The translations under genes were made by a program, and so were the position numbers. From an uncultured Gemmatimonadales bacterium (GTDB lineage Bacteria; Gemmatimonadota; Gemmatimonadetes; Gemmatimonadales; GWC2-71-9), in the NCBI GenBank assembly GCA_963730185.1, contig CAVSQW010000015.1, positions 320,001 through 384,000 of the forward strand: DNA of 64,000 nt, written 5' to 3'. The notes below the pieces were generated by a model, which searched no databases, had not been told where the DNA came from, and saw nothing but the letters and a program-made list of their open reading frames with translations. Positions 22,304 to 31,202 of the stretch are shown here, piece by piece. Position 1 is the stretch's first letter; each line of letters begins with the position of its first letter.

Positions 22304-23894
22304 GGGCCATCGCTCCCGACCCCACGGCCTCGAGGACCGCGCGGGCCTTGCGGGAGGTCTCGTCGGCCTCGCGCTCCGGGACCGAGTCGAGCACCACGCC
22401 GGCCCCGGCCCGGACGTGGGCGACCCCGTCCTTCACCAGGGCCGACCGGATCACGATCGCGGTCTCGAGAGTCCCATCGTCGAGCAGGTAGCCCACCGCG
22501 CCACCGTAGAATCCGCGTCGCGACGGCTCCACGCCCCGGAGCAGCTCGGCCGCCCGGACCTTCGGCGCGCCGACCAGAGTGCCCATGTTGAGGGTCGCGG
22601 CATAGGCCTCGAGCGCGTCGACCCCGGCCCGGAGCGTGCCGCTCACCTCCGACACCAGGTGCATCACGTGGGCGTAGCGCTCCACCGCGAGCAGCCGGGT
22701 TACGGCCCTGGTGCCGGGCTCGCTGACCCGGGCCACGTCGTTCCGGGCCAGGTCCACCAGCATGAGGTGCTCGGCCGATTCCTTGAGGTCGAGCCGGAGG
22801 GCCACCTCGTTCCGGGTGTCGCCGTCGAGGTCGATCCGGCCGTCCGGACCGCGGGCCCGGGCGGCGGTCCCGGCGATCGGCAGGATGGTGGCCCGGCGGG
22901 CCGGACCGTCGACCCGAAGGCAGGTCTCCGGCGAAGCACCGAGGAGTACGTGCGCCGCGCTTCGAAGGAAGAAGAGATAGGGACTCGGGTTGATGCTCCG
23001 GAGCCGGCGATAGGCCGCCAGCGGATCGGGGCAGGCGAGCGAGAAGGTCCGGGAGGGGACGATCTGATACGCATCGCCCGCCCGGAGGTGCCGCTGGAGG
23101 CCGGCCACCACCTGGGCGTACGCCGGATCCGACTGATCGACGGTGACCGCGCCGGGGTCGAGGTCGGGGGGGCCATGGTCCGGCCCGGTCGGGGCGCTGG
23201 GGGCCGCGGCACCGACCGCCGTCACCAGCTGCTCGAGCGCCCGGGTGGCGTCGTGATACCGAAGCGGAGCGTCGGCGCCGCCCCAGCAGGTGGTGACGAC
23301 CAGGGTGTGACGGCGCCCGTGATCCACCAGCACCAGCCGGTCCGGGATCCAGCACTCGAAGACCGGCTGCTCCAGCGGATCGGGCCGGCCGAGCGGCAGG
23401 GCCTCGAAGTAGTCGATCAGGTCGTAGCCCAGCATCCCGGCGGCCAGATGGCACCAGGGGTTGGGACGCGAGGTGAGTCTCGGTCCCGAGCTCACCATCC
23501 GGAGCAGGTCGAGTGGCGACGGTTGGCGGTACCGCTGCCGCTCGTCGGTGCAGCCGGCCGGATTCCGTTCGATCGGCACTTGGAGCCGATCGGGGGCCTC
23601 CCGGTCGGCCTCGGGGAGCTGGCCCTCGAGCCAGTCGAGCGCGGCGAGCCCGTTGGGGGAGAGGGCACGGATGCTCACCCGTTCCAGGTCGGCCGCCAGG
23701 TGGAGGGCCGATCGAACGCCGAGCAGACTCCGCTCGCCGTCATGGGTGGCTCGGTCGGCCGACTCCAGCAGGAAGGTGTGCGGGGTATCGCCGCCGGTGA
23801 GCGAGGCGAAGAGCGCCAGCGGGTCAGGCGCCCCCGGCAGGCGCCGGACCAGCGGTTGGATCACACCCAGCCCGAGATCGCCGGCCGGGGTCAC
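22296..23894 (-). CDS. trpE: Anthranilate synthase component I
   Basis: LLESA, NPSPY, GASPE, PIAGT, EHLMLVDLARND, GAPKVRA; GTG 23894 overlaps the aroF stop. Confidence 0.96.
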   Translation of the reverse strand: MTPAGDLGLGVIQPLVRRLPGAPDPLALFASLTGGDTPHTFLLESADRATHDGERSLLGVRSALHLAADLERVSIRALSPNGLAALDWLEGQLPEADREAPDRLQVPIERNPAGCTDERQRYRQPSPLDLLRMVSSGPRLTSRPNPWCHLAAGMLGYDLIDYFEALPLGRPDPLEQPVFECWIPDRLVLVDHGRRHTLVVTTCWGGADAPLRYHDATRALEQLVTAVGAAAPSAPTGPDHGPPDLDPGAVTVDQSDPAYAQVVAGLQRHLRAGDAYQIVPSRTFSLACPDPLAAYRRLRSINPSPYLFFLRSAAHVLLGASPETCLRVDGPARRATILPIAGTAARARGPDGRIDLDGDTRNEVALRLDLKESAEHLMLVDLARNDVARVSEPGTRAVTRLLAVERYAHVMHLVSEVSGTLRAGVDALEAYAATLNMGTLVGAPKVRAAELLRGVEPSRRGFYGGAVGYLLDDGTLETAIVIRSALVKDGVAHVRAGAGVVLDSVPEREADETSRKARAVLEAVGSGAMAHA

Positions 23895-24904
23895 ACCGTC
23901 CTCCCGGCCGCGTCGGCGAACGGTGCCAGCTCGCGCATCAGGGCCGCGAACTGCTCGGGGAAGAGCGACTGCTTGCCGTCGGAGAGGGCCACCTGGGGGT
24001 CGCGGTGGACCTCGATCAGGAGACCGTCGGCTCCGCAGGCGACGGCCGCCTTGCTCATCGGGGCGACATATTCGCGCACCCCGGTGCCGTGCGAGGGATC
24101 GACCAGCACCGGGAGGTGGCTCCGGGCCTTGATCGCGGGGATGGCGCTCAGGTCGAGGGTGTTCCGGGTGGCGCTCTCGAAGGTCTGGATGCCCCGCTCG
24201 CAGAGGATCACATTGGGGTTCCCCTCCGCCAGGATGTACTCGGCGGCGAGCAGCAGGTCGTCGATCCGGGCGGCCATGCCCCGCTTGAGGACGACCGGCT
24301 TTCGGCTCTGCCCCAGGGCCTGCAAGAGCCGGAAGTTCTGCATGTTGCGGGCGCCGCACTGGAAGCCGTCGGCGTAACGTTCCACGATCTCGACGTCGGC
24401 CACGTCGACCACCTCCGTCACCGTGGGCACCCCGAGCTCGTCGGAGACGGCCTTGAGCAGCCGAAGGCCTTCGACCCCGAGCCCCTGAAACGAGTAGGGG
24501 CTGGTCCGGGGCTTGAAGGCGCCGCCGCGGACGATCCGGGCTCCGGCCGCCTGCACGGCCCGGGCCGTGTCACGGAGCTGGTCGTGGCTCTCGACGGCGC
24601 ACGGGCCGGCGACCACGGCGATGCGCTCGCCGCCGATGTCCACCCCGCCCAGCGACACCACGGTATCGGCCGGGTGCATCTCCCGGGCGACCAGCTTGTA
24701 GGGGGCGAGGATCGGCTTGACGCTCTCGACCAGGGGGTGGCCGTCGAGATGGAGCTGCTCCAGGACCCGCTCGTCGCCCAGCGCGCCCAGGACAACCCGC
24801 TCGCTGCCCGGCATGTGAAGGGGCTTGAGCCCGAGCGCCGAGATCCGGTCGAGGAGCTCGGCGGCGTGGTCCGCCGTGGCGTGTGGCTTGAGCACGATGA
24901 TCAT
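23891..24904 (-). CDS. aroF: 3-deoxy-7-phosphoheptulonate (DAHP) synthase, type I-beta with N-terminal regulatory domain
   Basis: AGPCAVES, GGAFKPRTSPYSFQG, GARNMQN, LKRG, CERGI, DPSHGTG. Confidence 0.95.
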   Translation of the reverse strand: MIIVLKPHATADHAAELLDRISALGLKPLHMPGSERVVLGALGDERVLEQLHLDGHPLVESVKPILAPYKLVAREMHPADTVVSLGGVDIGGERIAVVAGPCAVESHDQLRDTARAVQAAGARIVRGGAFKPRTSPYSFQGLGVEGLRLLKAVSDELGVPTVTEVVDVADVEIVERYADGFQCGARNMQNFRLLQALGQSRKPVVLKRGMAARIDDLLLAAEYILAEGNPNVILCERGIQTFESATRNTLDLSAIPAIKARSHLPVLVDPSHGTGVREYVAPMSKAAVACGADGLLIEVHRDPQVALSDGKQSLFPEQFAALMRELAPFADAAGRTV

Positions 24905-24960
24905 GGCCCGCTTTCGGTTCGGAGCCCCGAAGCGGCGCGCCCAAGTCGTCGGCTGGAACG

Positions 24961-24989
24961 AAAAGAGCCCACCGCTTCACGGTGGGCTC
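24961..24989 (-). terminator. Attenuator terminator of the trp leader
   Basis: Minus strand GAGCCCACCG-TGAAG-CGGTGGGCTC-TTTT, a perfect 10-bp stem plus U tract. Confidence 0.88.
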
Positions 24990-25018
24990 GGTTGCTGATC
25001 GACGTTCGGCTTAGATCG

Positions 25019-25093
25019 TCAACGCACGTGGCACCCTACCGCGACACTGCCGCGCCAGGGCCACCACCAGAGGTTCTGCGTGCGCTCGATCAT
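25019..25093 (-). CDS. trpL: trp operon leader peptide MIERTQNLWWWPWRGSVAVGCHVR
   Basis: 24-aa ORF with four Trp codons (TGG TGG TGG CCC TGG) directly upstream of the terminator and aroF-trp genes. Confidence 0.88.
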   Translation of the reverse strand: MIERTQNLWWWPWRGSVAVGCHVR

Positions 25094-25100
25094 GGGCACC

Positions 25101-25129
25101 ATGATGGCGAGGGGGACCGGTTCCGTCAA
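25101..25129 (-). promoter_or_regulatory. Putative sigma70 promoter TTGACG-N17-CATCAT, 7 nt before the trpL ATG
   Basis: Minus strand TTGACG gaaccggtccccctcgc CATCAT ggtgccc ATG. Confidence 0.6.
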
Positions 25130-26286
25130 GGGGATCCGTCCAGGGCCGGGCCCAGCACCTCGAACAGCCGCTCGACGTCCGCCGGCTCGTTGTAGACGTG
25201 GGGCGTGACCCGAATGGTCTGCCCGCCGCGGACGCTGACGTAGACCCGCTGGCGGGCCAGCCGAGCCGGGAGGTCGGCGGGCAAGGGGCGCCTGGACCGG
25301 AGGCCGACGTAGTGTCTGGCGCGGAGCGACGCGGGGACGGCGTCGAGTCCCAGGGCCTCGCCCCGGGCCACCACCTCGTCGGCCAGGGCGCCCGCGGTGT
25401 CGGAGATCGATCCGACGCCCCACGTCAGGATCTGTTCCAGAGCCGCGACCGAGGCCGGAAGCAGTCCAAAGTTGGAGGGCTCGCCCACGTCGAACCGCCG
25501 GGCGCCCGGTTGATAGCGCTCCGGATAGTCGATCAAGCCGCCGAAGTTCTCCGACCCCTCGCGCGCGAACCAGTGATACTCGAGCGGAACGCCGTGCTGC
25601 CAGCGGGGCGCGACGTAGAGGAACCCGGTGCTGTAGGGGCCCATCAGCCACTTGTAGCAGGCCGCGACGAGGAAATCGGGGTCGACCGCCGCCAGGTCGA
25701 ACGGCATCGCACCCAGCGACTGGGTCAGGTCGAGCACGAGGGCGGCGCCCACCTCGTCGAGTCGGCGGCGAATCGCGGCCAGGTCCAGCCGGGCGCCGTC
25801 GAGCCAGTGGAGGGCGGGGAGCGCCGCCACCGCGGTCCGTTCGTCGATCGCGGCGAGCACGGCTCGGGTCCAGTCGTGATCTTCCGGTCGAGGGACCAGC
25901 TCCAGGGTGGCGCCGGTGGCCCGGGCCCGCTCCCGGAAGGTGAGGATGGTCGACGGGAACTCCTCCGCCAGCGAGATCACCCGCTGGCCGGCCTCGAGGC
26001 GGACGTTGTTCGCCGCCGTCGCCATCCCGTAGCTGGCGGCGGGAACCAGGGCGATGTCGTCGGCCGTCGCCGGGGCGCCCAACAGCCGGGCGAACGTGGC
26101 GCGAGCCCGGTCGGCCCCGGCGAAGAAGTCCGCCGCCACCATCTCCCAGGGCCGCGCCTTTCGGGCCAGGGCCCGCTCGCCGGTCTCGAGGACCCCCCGG
26201 GGCAAGGGCGACATGTAGGCGCAGTTGAGATAGGCGACATCGGCGGGGATGTCGAACAGGTGCCGCTGCGAAGGGAGTCGAGGCAT
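25126..26286 (-). CDS. Aminotransferase class V PLP enzyme (cysteine desulfurase / isopenicillin-N epimerase-like)
   Basis: YLNCAYMSP, LDLTQSLGA, ACYKWLMGP, IRVTPHVYN. Confidence 0.88.
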   Translation of the reverse strand: MPRLPSQRHLFDIPADVAYLNCAYMSPLPRGVLETGERALARKARPWEMVAADFFAGADRARATFARLLGAPATADDIALVPAASYGMATAANNVRLEAGQRVISLAEEFPSTILTFRERARATGATLELVPRPEDHDWTRAVLAAIDERTAVAALPALHWLDGARLDLAAIRRRLDEVGAALVLDLTQSLGAMPFDLAAVDPDFLVAACYKWLMGPYSTGFLYVAPRWQHGVPLEYHWFAREGSENFGGLIDYPERYQPGARRFDVGEPSNFGLLPASVAALEQILTWGVGSISDTAGALADEVVARGEALGLDAVPASLRARHYVGLRSRRPLPADLPARLARQRVYVSVRGGQTIRVTPHVYNEPADVERLFEVLGPALDGSP

Positions 26287-26364
26287 GGTGGAGGGAATAT
26301 GGAGCAAGCCGGCGCGTCCGGCGACGGCGGTGGCAGCTTGCTTCCGGGCCCTCGGAGGCACATC

Positions 26365-26376
26365 ATTGTATACAAT
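26365..26376. promoter_or_regulatory. Perfect palindrome ATTGTATACAAT, putative GntR-family operator overlapping a TACAAT -10
   Basis: AT-rich 12-bp palindrome in a divergent intergenic region; core recurs at 40164, 52114 and (1 mismatch) 62804. Confidence 0.7.
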
Positions 26377-26408
26377 CTCCGCCGGCACCACCTCCCAACG
26401 GGATCGAG

Positions 26409-27512
26409 ATGAGAACATCGACACTGCTCGCGGGCGCGCTGGCGCTCGGGCTCTTCGGCCAAGCTGCCCAGGCCCAGACTCCCAGCCGGGGCGCGCTTCT
26501 GACCAGGATCGACTCGCTGGTCGCCGCCGAGATGGCGAAGAACCACAACGTCGGCGTGTCGATCGGGATTCAGAAGGGCGCGGATCTGCTCATGGCCCGA
26601 GGGTATGGCTCGGCCGATCTCGAGCTCGGGGTCCCGGCCGACGCCGAGACGGTTTACCGGATCGGGTCGCTCACCAAGCAGTTCACCGCCACCGGGATCC
26701 TCCAGCTGGTGGAGCAGGGGAAGATCGGTCTCCAGGACGACCTCACGAAGTTCCTGCCCGACTATCCCACCCAGGGTCACAAGGTCACGATCCACGAGCT
26801 CCTCACCCACACCTCGGGGATCAAGAGCTACACCAGCCTGGGCCCCAAGTTCTGGAAGGAGCAGTCGCGCCTCGATCTCACCGACGACGAGATGTTGGCG
26901 CTCTTCGAGAACGAGCCCTTCGACTTCAACCCCGGTGAGAAGTGGCTCTACGACAACTCGGGCTACTACCTCCTGGGTGTGATCATCACCAAGGTCACCG
27001 GCCTTCCCTACCGGCAGTACCTGGAGGAGAAGATCCTGGCGCCGCTCGGGCTCCAGGCCAGCCGGTACTGCGACGAGCAGCGGATCCTGCCCCATCGCGC
27101 GCAGGGCTACGAGGTGGTGGACGGCCAGGTGGTCAACGACGGCCTGATCTCGATGAACACGCCCGGCGCGGCCGGCGCGATGTGCTCGACGGTGATCGAC
27201 CTGCTGGCCTGGCAACAGGCCTCCAATCGGGCGGCGCTGATCACGCCCGCCGATCGCGACAAGATGCGGACCGGGTATGCCCAGGCGAGCCCAGCCATGA
27301 AGTATGGTTATGCGCTCGGGATCGGCCTCGCGGACGGACACCGGCAGATTGCCCATAGCGGCGGGATCAACGGGTTCAGCTCCTGGCTCGCCTACTACCC
27401 GGACGACGATCTCACCGTGGTGGTGCTCACCAACAACGGCGGCGGGCAAGCCCCGCGGTTCGGGCAACTGATCGCCCGGGCGGTGTTCGGAGTGGACCCG
27501 GGCGCCAAGTAG
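26409..27512 (+). CDS. Serine hydrolase, beta-lactamase class C / D-aminopeptidase-like, secreted
   Basis: Signal peptide, GSLTKQF (SxxK), LLTHTSG, YDNSGY (YxN), HSGGING. Confidence 0.92.
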   Translation: MRTSTLLAGALALGLFGQAAQAQTPSRGALLTRIDSLVAAEMAKNHNVGVSIGIQKGADLLMARGYGSADLELGVPADAETVYRIGSLTKQFTATGILQLVEQGKIGLQDDLTKFLPDYPTQGHKVTIHELLTHTSGIKSYTSLGPKFWKEQSRLDLTDDEMLALFENEPFDFNPGEKWLYDNSGYYLLGVIITKVTGLPYRQYLEEKILAPLGLQASRYCDEQRILPHRAQGYEVVDGQVVNDGLISMNTPGAAGAMCSTVIDLLAWQQASNRAALITPADRDKMRTGYAQASPAMKYGYALGIGLADGHRQIAHSGGINGFSSWLAYYPDDDLTVVVLTNNGGGQAPRFGQLIARAVFGVDPGAK

Positions 27513-27585
27513 CCGGGCGGACGGCTGGGCGGGTTGGACGGGGGCGGCGGACTTCATGAGGCGACCGGACCAAAGGGCGGAAACG

Positions 27586-29634
27586 ATGACGACGATCGGA
27601 ACGATGACGAACAGGACTCGCGCGGCAAGCCGCTGGCGGACGCTGGCATGGCTCGGGGCGCTGGCGTTAGGCACGAGCACCGTGGCCGCCGCCCAGACCG
27701 GGCTCACGCCGGAGCAGGCCGCCGCGATGCATACCCTGAACGGGGTCTCGATCTCCCCGGACGGGCGGTGGGTCGTCTACGTGGTGACCGTGCCGAATCT
27801 CGAGGAGAGCAGCACCAACTCCGATCTCTGGCTGGTCTCGACTGGGGGCGGCGAGCCGATCCGGCTCACCAACGGAGCCAAGGCCGACATGGGGCCGGTC
27901 TGGTCGGCCGACGGCAAGTGGATCGCCTTCGTCTCCACCCGCGACGGCAAACCGCAGGCGTACCGGATCTCGCCGACCGGCGGCGAGGCGGAGAAGCTCA
28001 CCGACTCGAAGACCGGCGTCTCGGCCATCGAGTGGTCACCGGACGGGAACCGGCTGGCGTTCCTGGCCCGGCGAGATCCGACTCCCGAGGAGGAGAAGAA
28101 AGAGAAGCAGAAGGACGACGCGGTCGTGGTCGACCATGATTTCGTGCCGACCTATCTGTACCTGCTCGACGTCGCCACCAGGAAAGCGTCGGCCCTGGTC
28201 CGGGGCGACGCCCAGCTGAGCGATCCCGAATGGTCGCCCGACGGGCGAGAGATCGCCTACACCACCACCCCCACGTCGAAGGCCGACGATGGCCGACTGG
28301 CGGACGTGATGATCGTCGACGTGAGCTCCGGAGCGACCCGGAAGCTGATCGACAATCCTGGCCCCGACCGGTCGCCCCGGTGGTCGCCGGACGGGTCGCG
28401 GATCGCCTTCCTCATGGGTGCGACCAAGGATCCCGCGATCCTGCCCGGGCGGCTGGCGGTCATCCCGGCCGCCGGCGGAACGGCCACGCCGCTGACGGGC
28501 GACTTCCTCTATGCGGCCGGGCCGCCGGCCTGGGCGCCCGACGGCTCGAGCCTCTACTTCTGGTCGTCGGTCCGCACCCGCTCGGAGCTCTTTGCCGTGC
28601 CGGCGTCCGGCGGCTCCCCCCGTCAGGTGTCGGACACCAAGGGCTCGCTCGGGATCTTCGGAGGCGGCCCACCCTCGATCTCCGCCGACGGCAAGCGGGT
28701 CGCGTTCGGCTGGACCGACATTCAGCACCCGGACGACGTCTACCTCGTGGATCTGGGCGGGCCCTGGTCTCAACGCCGGCTGAGCGATCTCAACCCTCAG
28801 CTCGCCTCGGTGCCGATGGGGACGAGCGAGGTGGTCCGCTGGAAGAGCGCCGACAAGATGGAGATCGAAGGCATCGTGGTCTATCCGGTGAACTACCAGC
28901 CCGGACGCCGCTACCCCACGGTCGCGATCATCCACGGCGGGCCGGCCGGTGAGTGGCCTGAGGCCTTCCCGGCCAGCTGGTACAACTCGGCCCAGGTGTA
29001 TGCCGGTCACGGATGGGTGGCGTTCCTGCCCAACCCGCGCGGCTCGAGCGGCTACGGCGACAAGTTCCTGATGGCCAACTACCGCGACTGGGGCGGGGGC
29101 GACTTCCGCGACATCCAGACCGGCCTCGACGAGCTGGTCCGCCGAGGGATCGCCGATTCGACCAAGATGGCCCAGACCGGGTGGAGCTACGGCGGCTACA
29201 TGACCGCCTGGACCCTGACCCAGACCAACCGGTTCAAGGCGGTGATGGTCGGCGCCGGGCTGACCGACATGTACTCGATGTACTCCACCAACGATCTCCA
29301 GACGTTGCTGGAGGAGTACTTCGGTGGCGAGCCCTGGAACGACGAGCAGGCGTTCAAGCGCGCCTCGGCCATGACGTTCATCAAGCAGGCCAAGACGCCG
29401 ACCCTGATTCTCCACGGCCAGCAGGACACCCGGGTGCCGATCGGCCAGGCCCAGGAGCTCTACATGGGCCTCAAGAAGAACGGGGTCCCGGTGGAGCTGG
29501 TGTTCTTCCCGCGGGAGCCCCACGGCCTCCAGGAGCCCCGCCATTGGCTCGACAAGATGAAGCGGGAATACGCGTTCTTCTCGAAGCACGTGCTGGGGGT
29601 GGAGGTGGCGGACAGCAAGGATCTGGTGCCGTGA
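27586..29634 (+). CDS. S9 family peptidase (acylaminoacyl/prolyl oligopeptidase-like) with beta-propeller
   Basis: Repeated WSPDG motifs, IHGGP, GWSYGG nucleophile, DTRVP, EPH; start uncertain (27556/27586/27604). Confidence 0.93.
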   Translation: MTTIGTMTNRTRAASRWRTLAWLGALALGTSTVAAAQTGLTPEQAAAMHTLNGVSISPDGRWVVYVVTVPNLEESSTNSDLWLVSTGGGEPIRLTNGAKADMGPVWSADGKWIAFVSTRDGKPQAYRISPTGGEAEKLTDSKTGVSAIEWSPDGNRLAFLARRDPTPEEEKKEKQKDDAVVVDHDFVPTYLYLLDVATRKASALVRGDAQLSDPEWSPDGREIAYTTTPTSKADDGRLADVMIVDVSSGATRKLIDNPGPDRSPRWSPDGSRIAFLMGATKDPAILPGRLAVIPAAGGTATPLTGDFLYAAGPPAWAPDGSSLYFWSSVRTRSELFAVPASGGSPRQVSDTKGSLGIFGGGPPSISADGKRVAFGWTDIQHPDDVYLVDLGGPWSQRRLSDLNPQLASVPMGTSEVVRWKSADKMEIEGIVVYPVNYQPGRRYPTVAIIHGGPAGEWPEAFPASWYNSAQVYAGHGWVAFLPNPRGSSGYGDKFLMANYRDWGGGDFRDIQTGLDELVRRGIADSTKMAQTGWSYGGYMTAWTLTQTNRFKAVMVGAGLTDMYSMYSTNDLQTLLEEYFGGEPWNDEQAFKRASAMTFIKQAKTPTLILHGQQDTRVPIGQAQELYMGLKKNGVPVELVFFPREPHGLQEPRHWLDKMKREYAFFSKHVLGVEVADSKDLVP

Positions 29635-31190
29635 ATCGATGGGCGATCACCGGACTGTTCGTCCTGCTCGCCCTGGCGCCGGCCCCGGCGGTGGGCCAAC
29701 AGGCCGACTGGCTGATCCGAGGCGGAAGCGTCTACGACGGCAGCGGCGCGCCACCGCGGCGGGCCGACGTCGCGATCCGGGGCGACCGGATCGTCCTGGT
29801 CGGTGACGGCCGGTCGATCCGGGTCTCCGCCGATCACCTGATCGACGGGCGCGGTCTGGTGGTGTCGCCCGGGTTCATCGATCCCCATACCCACTTCGGC
29901 GAGGACCTGAACCGACCGGACGGCGCCGGCCTGGTGCCGGCGCTGATGCAGGGGATTACCACGGTGGTGGTCGGCAACGACGGCGGCGGTCCGGTCGACG
30001 TGGCCGGGACCCTAGACCGGTGGACCGAGACCGGGATGGGGGTGAACGTCCTCCTCTACGTCGGCTTCGGGAGCGTGCGCCAGGCCGTCCTCGGCGCGGC
30101 GGACCGGGCGCCGACGGCTGCCGAGCTGAAGCGGATGGAAGCCTTGGTGGCGGAGGGCATGCGGGGTGGGGCGTTCGGGCTCTCCACCGGCCTCTTCTAC
30201 GCGCCGCAGAGCTACGCCCGGACCGGCGAAGTGGTCGCCCTGGCCCGGGTGGCGGCCCGGGCGGGCGGGCTCTACGACAGTCACCTTCGGGATGAGAGCT
30301 CCTACACCGTCGGGCTCCTCGGCGCGGTCAGGGAAGCCCTGGAGATCGGACGCCGGGCCGGGCTCCCCGTTCACCTCTCGCATCTCAAGGCGCTCGGGGT
30401 GGACGTCTGGGGGCGGAGCGACTCGGTGGTGGCGATGGTGGAGCGGGCCCGAAAGGCCGGGCAGCGGGTCACCGCCGACCAGTATCCCTACACCGCGTCG
30501 GGCACCAGCGTCGAAGCCTCGCTCCTCCCGCGGTGGGCGGAGGCCGGCGGCCGGGACTCGGTGCTCGTCCGGCTGGCCGACCCGAGGCTGGCCGACACGC
30601 TCCGCCGCGAGATGACCGCCAACCTCCGCCGCCGGGGCGGCGCTGCGTCGCTCCTCCTCACCAGCGGGCATTGGACCGGCAAACGGCTGAACGAGGTAGC
30701 GGCGGCGATGGGCGTCGACTCGATCGCGGCGGCCCAGGCCGTGATCCGGGAGGGCGGGGCGTCGGTGGCGTCGTTCAACATGACCGAGCCCGACATCGAG
30801 CGGTTCATGCGCCAGCCGTGGGTCGTGACCGGGTCGGACGGCTCGTCGGGGCACCCGCGGAAGTACGGGACCTTTCCCCGAAAGCTCCGGGTCTACGCCC
30901 TGGAGCGCGGGGTGCTGTCCTTCACGGACGCGATCGCGGCGAGCAGCGCCCGAACCGCCGCCTTCCTCGGTCTCGCCGATCGGGGTCGGATCGCACCGGG
31001 GCTCCGCGCCGACCTGGTGGTGTTCGATTCGACCGCCCTCGCCGACCGCGCTACCTACGAGCACCCGCGGGAGCTGGCGGCGGGGATGCGAGCGGTGTTC
31101 GTGAACGGGGTGGCCGCCGTCCGAGACGGACGCCCGACCGGCGCCAAGGCCGGTCGGGCGCTCCGCCACGCCTCGACGGACGGTCGTTAG
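29631..31190 (+). CDS. N-acyl-D-amino-acid deacylase family amidohydrolase, secreted
   Basis: PGFIDPHTH, GLSTGLFY, SHLRDE, HLK, DQYPY, SDG, HPRKYGTFPR; GTG overlaps the S9 stop. Confidence 0.9.
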   Translation: MNRWAITGLFVLLALAPAPAVGQQADWLIRGGSVYDGSGAPPRRADVAIRGDRIVLVGDGRSIRVSADHLIDGRGLVVSPGFIDPHTHFGEDLNRPDGAGLVPALMQGITTVVVGNDGGGPVDVAGTLDRWTETGMGVNVLLYVGFGSVRQAVLGAADRAPTAAELKRMEALVAEGMRGGAFGLSTGLFYAPQSYARTGEVVALARVAARAGGLYDSHLRDESSYTVGLLGAVREALEIGRRAGLPVHLSHLKALGVDVWGRSDSVVAMVERARKAGQRVTADQYPYTASGTSVEASLLPRWAEAGGRDSVLVRLADPRLADTLRREMTANLRRRGGAASLLLTSGHWTGKRLNEVAAAMGVDSIAAAQAVIREGGASVASFNMTEPDIERFMRQPWVVTGSDGSSGHPRKYGTFPRKLRVYALERGVLSFTDAIAASSARTAAFLGLADRGRIAPGLRADLVVFDSTALADRATYEHPRELAAGMRAVFVNGVAAVRDGRPTGAKAGRALRHASTDGR

Positions 31191-31202
31191 GCGGACCCGT
31201 AC

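Noticed and set aside
26409..27512. Beta-lactam resistance locus (beta-lactamase-like gene near BlaI/BlaR-like genes)
   Set aside because: The hydrolase family is broad, the M56 protein lacks a penicillin-binding domain, and the BlaI-type operator was not seen upstream of the hydrolase
27513..27553. GGCGGAC-like low-complexity run after the serine hydrolase stop
   Set aside because: Too short and irregular to distinguish from GC-rich background; no complementary arm found
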